Of a stretch of DNA of 64,000 nucleotides, positions 49,201 through 61,200 are shown piece after piece. Within the stretch, counting starts at the first letter, position 1. Every line of letters begins with the position of its first letter. Position numbers and translations under genes: made by a program. Source of the stretch: Balanoglossus misakiensis (lineage: Eukaryota; Animalia; Hemichordata). The notes beneath the pieces are model-generated. The model saw only the letters and a list, made by a program, of their open reading frames with translations. It did not search any database and was not told the origin of the DNA. The stretch spans positions 4,053,258-4,117,257 of the forward strand of contig CM082585.2 in assembly GCA_040954595.2 (NCBI GenBank), written 5' to 3'.

Positions 49201-52200
49201 TACCCGTCATTGGCACAAACAGTCTCAGGAAGTAAGCTTTCAGCCTACCAATGTAGCTATTACATTTTCCACTTTTTGTAAGTGAAGCCTGACTGTCGCC
49301 TGTCTTAGGTCACCACTTCATAAGTGGTCTTACCCGTCATTGGCACAAACAGTCTCAGGAAGAAAGCTTTCAGCCTACCAATGTAGCTATTATATTTTCC
49401 ACTTTTTGTAAGTGAAGCCTGACTGTCGCCTGTCTTAGGTCACCACTTCATAAGCGGTCTTACCCGTCATTGGCACTAACAGTCTCAGGAAGTAAGCTTT
49501 CAGCCTACCAATGTAGCTATTATATTTTCCACTTTTTGTAAGTGAAGCCTGACTGTCGCCTGTCTTAGGTCACCACTTCATAAGCGGTCTTACCCGTCAT
49601 TGGCACAAACAGTCTCAGGAAGTAAGCTTTCAGCCTACCAATGTAGCTATTATATTTTCCACTTTTTGTAAGTGAAGCCCGACTGTCGCCTGTCTTAGGT
49701 CACCACTTCATAAGCGGTCTTACCCGTCATTGGCACAAACAGTCTCAGGAAGTAAGCTTTCAGCCTACCAATGTAGCTATTATATTTTCCACTTTTTGTA
49801 AGTGAAGCCCGACTGTCGCCTGTCTTAGGTCACCACTTCATAAGCGGTCTTACCCGTCATTGGCACAAACAGTCTCAGGAAGTAAGCTTTCAGCCTACCA
49901 ATGTAGCTATTATATTTTCCACTTTTTGTAAGTGAAGCCTGACTGTCGCCTGTCTTAGGTCACCACTTCATAAGCGGTCTTACCCGTCATTGGCACAAAC
50001 AGTCTCAGGAAGTAAGCTTTCAGCCTACCAATGTAGCTATTATATTTTCCACTTTTTGTAAGTGAAGCCTGACTGTCGCCTGTCTTAGGTCACCACTTCA
50101 TAAGCGGTCTTACCCGTCATTGGCACAAACAGTCTCAGGAAGTAAGCTTTCAGCCTACCAATGTAGCTATTACATTTTCCACTTTTTGTAAGTGAAGCCT
50201 GACTGTCGCCTGTCTTAGGTCACCACTTCATAAGAGGTCTTACCCGTCATTGGCACAAACAGTCTCAGGAAGTAAGATTTCAGCCTACCAATGTAGCTAT
50301 TACATTTTCCACTTTTTGTAAGTGAAGCCTGACTGTCGCCTGTCTTAGGTCACCACTTCATAAGCGGTCTTACCCGTCATTGGCACAAACAGTCTCAGGA
50401 AGTAAGCTTTCAGCCTACCAATGTAGCTATTATATTTTCCACTTTTTGTAAGTGAAGCCTGACTGTCGCCTGTCTTAGGTCACCACTTCATAAGCGGTCT
50501 TACCCGTCATTGACACAAACAGTCTCAGGAAGTAAGCTTTCAGCCTACCAATGTAGCTATTATATTTTCCACTTTTTGTAAGTGAAGCCTGACTGTCGCC
50601 TGTCTTAGGTCATCACTTTATAGGCGGTCTTACCCGTCGTTGGCACAAACAGTCTCAGGAAGTTAGCTTTCAGCCTACCAATGTAGCTATTATATTTTCC
50701 ACTTTTTGTAAGTGAAGCCTGACTGTCGCCTGTCTTAGGTCACCACTTCATAAGCGGTCTTACCCGTCATTGGCACAAACAGTCTCAGGAAGTAAGCTTT
50801 CAGCCTACCAATGTAGCTATTATATTTTCCACTTTTTGTAAGTGAAGCCTGACTGTCGCCTGTCTTAGGTCACCACTTCATAGGCGGTCTTACCCGTCAT
50901 TGGCACAAACAGTCTCAGGAAGTAAGCTTTCAGCCTACCAATGTAGCTATTATATTTTCCACTTTTTGTAAGTGAAGCCTGACTGTCGCCTGTCTTAGGT
51001 CACCACTTCATAAGCGGTCTTACCCGTCATTGGCACAAACAGTCTCAGGAAGTAAGCTTTCAGCCTACCAATGTAGCTATTATATTTTCCACTTTTTGTA
51101 AGTGAAGCCTGACTGTCGCCTGTCTTAGGTCACCACTTCATAAGCGGTCTTACCCGTCATTGGCACAAACAGTCTCAGGAAGTAAGCTTTCAGCCTACCA
51201 ATGTAGCTATTATATTTTCCACTTTTTGTAAGTGAAGCCTGACTGTCGCCTGTCTTAGGTCACCACTTCATAAGCGGTCTTACCCGTCATTGGCACAAAC
51301 AGTCTCAGGAAGTAAGCTTTCAGCCTACCAATGTAGCTATTATATTTTCCACTTTTTGTAAGTGAAGCCTGACTGTCGCCTGTCTTAGGTCACCACTTCA
51401 TAAGCGGTCTTACCCGTCATTGGCACGAACAGTCTCAGGAAGTAAGCTTTCAGCCTACCAATGTAGCTATTATATTTTCCACTTTTTGTAAGTGAAGCCT
51501 GACTGTCGCCTGTCTTAGGTCACCACTTCATAAGCGGTCTTACCCGTCATTGGCACAAACAGTCTCAGGAAGTAAGCTTTCAGCCTACCAATGTAGCTAT
51601 TATATTTTCCACTTTTTGTAAGTGAAGCCCGACTGTCGTCTGTCTTAGGTCACCACTTCATAAGCGGTCTTACCCGTCATTGGCACAAACAGTCTCAGGA
51701 AGTAAGCTTTCAGCCTACCAATGTAGCTATTATATTTTCCACTTTTTGTAAGTGAAGCCTGACTGTCGCCTGTCTTAGGTCACCACTTCATAAGCGGTCT
51801 TACCCGTCATTGGCACAAACAGTCTCAGGAAGTAAGCTTTCAGCCTACCAATGTAGCTATTACATTTTCCACTTTTTGTAAGTGAAGCCCGACTGTCGCC
51901 TGTCTTAGGTCACCACTTCATAAGCGGTCTTACCCGTCATTGGCACAAACAGTCTCAGGAAGTAAGCTTTCAGCCTACCAATGTAGCTATTATATTTTCC
52001 ACTTTTTGTAAGTGAAGCCTGACTGTAGCCTGTCTTAGGTCACCACTTCATAAGAGGTCTTACCCGTCATTGGCACAAACAGTCTCAGGAAGTAAGCTTT
52101 CAGCCTACCAATGTAGCTATTACATTTTCCACTTTTTGTAAGTGAAGCCTGACTGTCGCCTGTCTTAGGTCACCACTTCATAAGCGGTCTTACCCGTCAT

Positions 52201-55200
52201 TGGCACAAACAGTCTCAGGAAGTAAGCTTTCAGCCTACCAATGTAGCTATTATATTTTCCACTTTTTGTAAGTGAAGCCTGACTGTCGCCTGTCTTATGT
52301 CACCACTTCAAAAGCGGTCTTACCCGTCATTGGCACAAACAGTCTCAGGAAGTAAGCTTTCAGCCTACCAATGTAGCTATTATATTTTCCACTTTTTGTA
52401 AGTGAAGCCTGACTCTCGCCTGTCTTAGGTCACCACTTCATAAGCGGTCTTACCCGTCATTGGCACAAACAGTCTCAGGAAGTAAGCTTTCAGCCTACCA
52501 ATGTAGCTATTATATTTTCCACTTTTTGTAAGTGAAGCCTGACTGTCGCCTGTCTTAGGTCACCACTTCATAAGCGGTCTTACCCGTCATTGGCACAAAC
52601 AGTCTCAGGAAGTAAGCTTTCAGCCTACCAATGTAGCTATTATATTTTCCACTTTTTGTAAGTGAAGCCTGACTGTCGCCTGTCTTAGGTCACCACTTCA
52701 TAAGCGGTCTTACCCGTCATTGGCACAAACAGTCTCAGGAAGTAAGCTTTCAGCCTACCAATGTAGCTATTATATTTTCCACTTTTTGTAAGTGAAGCCC
52801 GACTGTCGCCTGTCTTAGGTCACCACTTCATAAGCGGTCTTACCCGTCATTGGCACAAACAGTCTCAGGAAGTAAGCTTTCAGCCTACCAATGTAGCTAT
52901 TATATTTTCCACTTTTTGTAAGTGAAGCCCGACTGTCGCCTGTCTTAGGTCACCACTTCATAAGCGGTCTTACCCGTCATTGGCACAAACAGTCTCAGGA
53001 AGTAAGCTTTCAGCCTACCAATGTATCTATTATATTTTCCACTTTTTGTAAGTGAAGCCTGACTGTCGCCTGTCTTAGGTCACCACTTCATAAGCGGTCT
53101 TACCCGTCATTGGCACAAACAGTCTCAGGAAGTAAGCTTTCAGCCTACCAATGTAGCTATTACATTTTCCACTTTTTGTAAGTGAAGCCTGACTGTCGCC
53201 TGTCTTAGGTCACCACTTCATAAGCGGTCTTACCCGTCATTGGCACAAACAGTCTCAGGAAGTAAGCTTTCAGCCTACCAATGTAGCTATTATATTTTCC
53301 ACTTTTTGTAAGTGAAGCCTGACTGTCGCCTGTCTTAGGTCACCACTTCATAAGCGGTCTTACCCGTCATTGGCACAAACAGTCTCAGGAAGTAAGCTTT
53401 CAGCCTACCAATGTAGCTATTATATTTTCCACTTTTTGTAAGTGAAGCCTGACTGTCGCCTGTCTTAGGTCACCACTTCATAAGCGGTCTTACCCGTCAT
53501 TGGCACAAACAGTCTCAGGAAGTAAGCTTTCAGCCTACCAATGTAGCTATTACATTTTCCACTTTTTGTAAGTGAAGCCTGACTGTCGCCTGTCTTAGGT
53601 CACCACTTCATAAGCGGTCTTACCCGTCATTGGCACAAACAGTCTCAGGAAGTAAGCTTTCAGCCTACCAATGTAGCTATTATATTTTCCACTTTTTGTA
53701 AGTGAAGCCTGACTGTCGCCTGTCTTAGGTCACCACTTCATAAGCGGTCTTACCCGTCATTGGCACAAACAGTCTCAGGAAGTAAGCTTTCAGCCTACCA
53801 ATGTAGCTATTATATTTTCCACTTTTTGTAAGTGAAGCCTGACTGTCGCCTGTCTTAGGTCACCACTTCATAAGCGGTCTTACCCGACATTGGCACAAAC
53901 AGTCTCAGGAAGTAAGCTTTCAGCCTACCAATGTAGCTATTATATTTTCCACTTTTTGTAAGTGAAGCCTGACTGTCGCCTGTCTTAGGTCACCACTTCA
54001 TAAGCGGTCTTACCCGTCATTGGCACAAACAGTCTCAGGAAGTAAGCTTTCAGCCTACCAATGTAGCTATTACATTTTCCACTTTTTGTAAGTGAAGCCC
54101 GACTGTCGCCTGTCTTAGGTCACCACTTCATAAGCGGTCTTACCCGTCATTGGCACAAACAGTCTCAGGAAGTAAGCTTTCACCCTACCAATGTAGCTAT
54201 TATATTTTCCACTTTTTGTAAGTGAAGCCTGACTGTAGCCTGTCTTAGGTCACCACTTCATAAGAGGTCTTACCCGTCATTGGCACAAACAGTCTCAGGA
54301 AGTAAGCTTTCAGCCTACCAATGTAGCTATTACATTTTCCACTTTTTGTAAGTGAAGCCTGACTGTCGCCTGTCTTAGGTCACCACTTCATAAGCGGTCT
54401 TACCCGTCATTGGCACAAACAGTCTCAGGAAGTAAGCTTTCAGCCTACCAATGTAGCTATTACATTTTCCACTTTTTGTAAGTGAAGCCTGACTCTCGCC
54501 TGTCTTAGGTCACCACTTCATAAGCGGTCTTACCCGTCATTGGCACAAACAGTCTCAGGAAGTAAGCTTTCAGCCTACCAATGTAGCTATTACATTTTCC
54601 ACTTTTTGTAAGTGAAGCCTGACTGTCGCCTGTCTTAGGTCACCACTTCATAAGTGGTCTTACCCGTCATTGGCACAAACAGTCTCAGGAAGTAAGCTTT
54701 CAGCCTACCAATGTAGCTATTATATTTTCCACTTTTTGTAAGTGAAGCCTGACTGTCGCCTGTCTTAGGTCACCACTTCATAAGCGGTCTTACCCGTCAT
54801 TGGCACAAACAGTCTCAGGAAGTAAGCTTTCAGCCTACCAATGTAGCTATTATATTTTCCACTTTTTGTAAGTGAAGCCTGACTGTCGCCTGTCTTAGGT
54901 CACCACTTCATAAGCGGTCTTACCCGTCATTGGCACAAACAGTCTCAGGAAGTAAGCTTTCAGCCTACCAATGTAGCTATTATATTTTCCACTTTTTGTA
55001 AGTGAAGCCCGACTGTCGTCTGTCTTAGGTCACCACTTCAAAGCGGTCTTACCCGTCATTGGCACAAACAGTCTCAGGAAGTAAGCTTTCAGCCTACCAA
55101 TGTAGCTATTATATTTTCCACTTTTTGTAAGTGAAGCCCGACTGTCGCCTGTCTTAGGTCACCACTTCATAAGCGGTCTTACCCGTCATTGGCACAAACA

Positions 55201-58200
55201 GTCTCAGGAAGTAAGCTTTCAGCCTACCAATGTAGCTATTATATTTTCCACTTTTTGTAAGTGAAGCCTGACTGTCGCCTGTCTTAGGTCACCACTTCAT
55301 AAGCGGTCTTACCCGTCATTGGCACAAACAGTCTCAGGAAGTAAGCTTTCAGCCTACCAATGTAGCTATTACATTTTCCACTTTTTGTAAGTGAAGCCTG
55401 ACTGTCGCCTGTCTTAGGTCACCACTTCATAAGCGGTCTTACCCGTCATTGGCACAAACAGTCTCAGGAAGTAAGCTTTCAGCCTACCAATGTAGCTATT
55501 ATATTTTCCACTTTTTGTAAGTGAAGCCTGACTGTCGCCTGTCTTAGGTCACCACTTCGTAAGCGGTCTTACCCGTCATTGGCACAAACAGTCTCAGGAA
55601 GTAAGCTTTCAGCCTACCAATGTAGCTATTATATTTTCCACTTTTTGTAAGTGAAGCCCGACTGTCGCCTGTCTTAGGTCACCACTTCATAAGCGGTCTT
55701 ACCCGTCATTGGCACAAACAGTCTCAGGAAGTAAGCTTTCAGCCTACCAATGTAGCTATTATATTTTCCACTTTTTGTAAGTGAAGCCTGACTGTCGCCT
55801 GTCTTAGGTCACCACTTCATAAGCGGTCTTACCCGTCATTGGCACAAACAGTCTCAGGAAGTAAGCTTTCAGCCTACCAATGTAGCTATTATATTTTCCA
55901 CTTTTTGTAAGTGAAGCCTGACTGTCGCCTGTCTTAGGTCACCACTTCATAAGCGGTCTTACCCGTCATTGGCACAAACAGTCTCAGGAAGTAAGCTTTC
56001 AGCCTACCAATGTAGCTATTACATTTTCCACTTTTTGTAAGTGAAGCCCGACTGTCGCCTGTCTTAGGTCACCACTTCATAAGCGGTCTTACCCGTCATT
56101 GGCACAAACAGTCTCAGGAAGTAAGCTTTCAGCCTACCAATGTAGCTATTATATTTTCCACTTTTTGTAAGTGAAGCCTGACTGTAGCCTGTCTTAGGTC
56201 ACCACTTCATAAGAGGTCTTACCCGTCATTGGCACAAACAGTCTCAGGAAGTAAGCTTTCAGCCTACCAATGTAGCTATTACATTTTCCACTTTTTGTAA
56301 GTGAAGCCTGACTCTCGCCTGTCTTAGGTCACCACTTCATAAGCGGTCTTACCCGTCATTGGCACAAACAGTCTCAGGAAGTAAGCTTTCAGCCTACCAA
56401 TGTAGCTATTATATTTTCCACTTTTTGTAAGTGAAGCCTGACTGTCGCCTGTCTTAGGTCACCACTTCATAAGCGGTCTTACCCGTCATTGGCACAAACA
56501 GTCTCAGGAAGTAAGCTTTCAGCCTACCAATGTAGCTATTATATTTTCCACTTTTTGTAAGTGAAGCCTGACTGTCGCCTGTCTTAGGTCACCACTTCAT
56601 AAGCGGTCTTACCCGTCATTGGCACAAACAGTCTCAGGAAGTAAGCTTTCAGCCTACCAATGTAGCTATTACATTTTCCACTTTTTGTAAGTGAAGCCTG
56701 ACTGTCGCCTGTCTTAGGTCACCACTTCATAAGTGGTCTTACCCGTCATTGGCACAAACAGTCTCAGGAAGTAAGCTTTCAGCCTACCAATGTAGCTATT
56801 ATATTTTCCACTTTTTGTAAGTGAAGCCTGACTGTCGCCTGTCTTAGGTCACCACTTCATAAGCGGTCTTACCCGTCATTGGCACAAACAGTCTCAGGAA
56901 GTAAGCTTTCAGCCTACCAATGTAGCTATTATATTTTCCACTTTTTGTAAGTGAAGCCTGACTGTCGCCTGTCTTAGGTCACCACTTCATAAGCGGTCTT
57001 ACCCGTCATTGGCACAAACAGTCTCAGGAAGTAAGCTTTCAGCCTACCAATGTAGCTATTATATTTTCCACTTTTTGTAAGTGAAGCCTGACTGTCGCCT
57101 GTCTTAGGTCACCACTTCATAAGCGGTCTTACCCGTCATTGGCACAAACAGTCTCAGGAAGTAAGCTTTCAGCCTATCAATGTAGCTATTATATTTTCCA
57201 CTTTTTGTAAGTGAAGCCTGACTGTCGCCTGTCTTAGGTCACCACTTCATAAGCGGTCTTACCCGTCATTGGCACAAACAGTCTCAGGAAGTAAGCTTTC
57301 AGCCTACCAATGTAGCTATTATATTTTCCACTTTTTGTAAGTGAAGCCTGACTGTCGCCTGTCTTAGGTCACCACTTCATAAGCGGTCTTACCCGTCATT
57401 GGCACAAACAGTCTCAGGAAGTAAGCTTTCAGCCTACCAATGTAGCTATTACATTTTCCACTTTTTGTAAGTGAAGCCTGACTGTCGCCTGTCTTAGGTC
57501 ACCACTTCATAAGAGGTCTTACCCGTCATTGGCACAAACAGTCTCAGGAAGTAAGCTTTCAGCCTACCAATGTAGCTATTATATTTTCCACTTTTTGTAA
57601 GTGAAGCCTGACTGTCGCCTGTCTTAGGTCACCACTTCATAAGCGGTCTTACCCGTCATTGGCACAAACAGTCTCAGGAAGTAAGCTTTCAGCCTACCAA
57701 TGTAGCTATTATATTTTCCACTTTTTGTAAGTGAAGCCTGACTGTCGCCTGTCTTAGGTCACCACTTCATAAGCGGTCTTACCCGTCATTGGCACAAACA
57801 GTCTCAGGAAGTAAGCTTTCAGCCTACCAATGTAGCTATTACATTTTCCACTTTTTGTAAGTGAAGCCTGACTGTCGCCTGTCTTAGGTCACCACTTCAT
57901 AAGCGGTCTTACCCGTCATTGGCACAAACAGTCTCAGGAAGTAAGCTTTCAGCCTACCAATGTAGCTATTATATTTTCCACTTTTTGTAAGTGAAGCCTG
58001 ACTGTCGCCTGTCTTAGGTCACCACTTCATAAGCGGTCTTACCCGTCATTGGCACAAACAGTCTCAGGAAGTAAGCTTTCAGCCTACCAATGTAGCTATT
58101 ATATTTTCCACTTTTTGTAAGTGAAGCCTGACTGTCGCCTGTCTTAGGTCACCACTTCATAAGCGGTCTTACCCGTCATTGGCACAAACAGTCTCAGGAA

Positions 58201-61200
58201 GTAAGCTTTCAGCCTACCAATGTAGCTATTATATTTTCCACTTTTTGTAAGTGAAGCCTGACTGTCGCCTGTCTTAGGTCATCACTTTCATAGCGGTCTT
58301 ACCCGTCATTGGCACAAACAGTCTCAGGAGTAAGCTTTCAGCCTACCAATGTAGCTATTACATTTTCCACTTTTTGTAAGTGAAGCCTGACTGTCGCCTG
58401 TCTTAGGTCACCACTTCATAAGCGGTCTTACCCGTCATTGGCACAAACAGTCTCAGGAAGTAAGCTTTCAGCCTACCAATGTAGCTATTATATTTTCCAC
58501 TTTTTGTAAGTGAAGCCTGACTGTCGCCTGTCTTAGGTCACCACTTCATAAGCGGTCTTACCCGTCATTGGCACAAACAGTCTCAGGAAGTAAGCTTTCA
58601 GCCTACCAATGTAGCTATTATATTTTCCACTTTTTGTAAGTGAAGCCTGACTGTCGCCTGTCTTAGGTCACCACTTCATAAGCGGTCTTACCCGTCATTG
58701 GCACAAACAGTCTCAGGAAGTAAGCTTTCAGCCTACCAATGTAGCTATTATATTTTCCACTTTTTGTAAGTGAAGCCTGACTGTCGCCTGTCTTAGGTCA
58801 CCACTTCATAAGCGGTCTTACCCGTCATTGGCACAAACAGTCTCAGGAAGTAAGCTTTCAGCCTACCAATGTAGCTATTATATTTTCCACTTTTTGTAAG
58901 TGAAGCCTGACTGTCGCCTGTCTAGGTCACCACTTCATAAGCGGTCTTACCCGTCATTGGCACAAACAGTTTCAGGAAGTAAGCTTTCAGCCTACCAATG
59001 TAGCTATTATATTTTCCACTTTTTGTAAGTGAAGCCTGACTGTCGCCTGTCTTAGGTCACCACTTCATAAGCGGTCTTACCCGTCATTGGCACAAACAGT
59101 CTCAGGAAGTAAGCTTTCAGCCTACCAATGTAGCTATTATATTTTCCACTTTTTGTAAGTGAAGCCTGACTGTCGCCTGTCTTAGGTCACCACTTCATAA
59201 GCGGTCTTACCCGTCATTGGCACAAACAGTCTCAGGAAGTAAGCTTTCAGCCTACCAATGTAGCTATTATATTTTCCACTTTTTGTAAGTGAAGCCTGAC
59301 TGTCGCCTGTCTTAGGTCACCACTTCATAAGCGGTCTTACCCGTCATTGGCACAAACAGTCTCAGGAAGTAAGCTTTCAGCCTACCAATGTAGCTATTAT
59401 ATTTTCCACTTTTTGTAAGTGAAGCCTGACTGTCGCCTGTCTTAGGTCACCACTTCATAAGAGGTCTTACCCGTCATTGGCACAAACAGTCTCAGGAAGT
59501 AAGCTTTCAGCCTACCAATGTAGCTATTACATTTTCCACTTTTTGTAAGTGAAGCCTGACTGTCGCCTGTCTTAGGTCACCACTTCATAAGCGGTCTTAC
59601 CCGTCATTGGCACAAACAGTCTCAGGAAGTAAGCTTTCAGCCTACCAATGTAGCTATTATATTTTCCACTTTTTGTAAGTGAAGCCTGACTGTTGCCTGT
59701 CTTAGGTCACCACTTCATAAGCGGTCTTACCCGTCATTGGCACAAACAGTCTCAGGAAGTAAGCTTTCAGCCTACCAATGTAGCTATTATATTTTCCACT
59801 TTTTGTAAGTGAAGCCTGACTGTCGCCTGTCTTAGGTCACCACTTCATAAGCGGTCTTACCCGTCATTGGCACAAACAGTCTCAGGAAGTAAGCTTTCAG
59901 CCTACCAATGTAGCTATTATATTTTCCACTTTTTGTAAGTGAAGCCTGACTGTCGCCTGTCTTAGGTCACCACTTCATAAGCGGTCTTACCCGTCATTGG
60001 CACAAACAGTCTCAGGAAGTAAGCTTTCAGCCTACCAATGTAGCTATTACATTTTCACTTTTTGTAAGTGAAGCCTGACTGTCGCCTGTCTTAGGTCACC
60101 ACTTCATAAGCGGTCTTACCCGTCATTGGCACAAACAGTCTCAGGAAGTAAGCTTTCAGCCTACCAATGTAGCTATTATATTTTCCACTTTTTGTAAGTG
60201 AAGCCTGACTGTAGCCTGTCTTAGGTCACCACTTCATAGAGGTCTTACCCGTCATTGGCACAAACAGTCTCAGGAAGTAAGCTTTCAGCCTACCAATGTA
60301 GCTATTACATTTTCCACTTTTTGTAAGTGAAGCCTGACTGTCGCCTGTCTTAGGTCACCACTTCATAAGCGTCTTACCCGTCATTGTCACAAACAGTCCA
60401 GGAAGTAAGCTTTCAGCCTACCAATGTAGCTATTAAATTTTCCACTTTTTGTAAGTGGAAGCCTGACTGTCGCCTGTCTTAGTCACCACTTCTGGCACAA
60501 ACAGTCTCAGGAGTAGCTTTCAGCCTACCAATGTAGCTATTATATTTTCCACTTTTTGTAAGTGAAGCCTGACTGTCGCCTGTCTTAGGTCACCACTTCA
60601 TAAGCGGTCTTACCCGTCATTGGCACAAACAGTCTCAGGAAGTAAGCTTTCAGCCTACCAATGTAGCTATTAATATTTTCCACTTTTTGTAAGTGAAGCC
60701 TGATCTGTCGCCTGTCTTAGGTCACCACTTCATAAGCGGTCTTCCTCATTGGCACAAACAGTCTCAGGAAAGTAAGCTTTCAGCTTACCAATGTAGCTAT
60801 TATATTTTCACTTTTTGTAGTGAAGCCTGACTGTTGCCTGTCTTAGGTCACCACTTCATAAGAGGTCTTACCCGTCATTGGCACAAACAGTCTCAGGAAG
60901 TAAGCTTCCCTCCAATTCAGTCTCAGGAAGTAAGCTTCAGCTACCAATGTAGCTATAATATTTCCACTTTGTAAGTGAAGCCTGATCTGTCGCCTGCTTG
61001 TCACCACTTCATAAGAGGTCTTACCCGTCATTGGCACAAACAGTCACTGGAATAAGCATGCCTACATGTAGCATTCATTTTCCATTGTAATGAAGCCTGA
61101 CTGTCCCTGTCTTAGGTCACCACTTCATAAGCGGTCATACCCTCATTGCACAAACATTCTCAGGAAGTAAGCTTTCAGCCTTCCATGTAGCATATATTTC

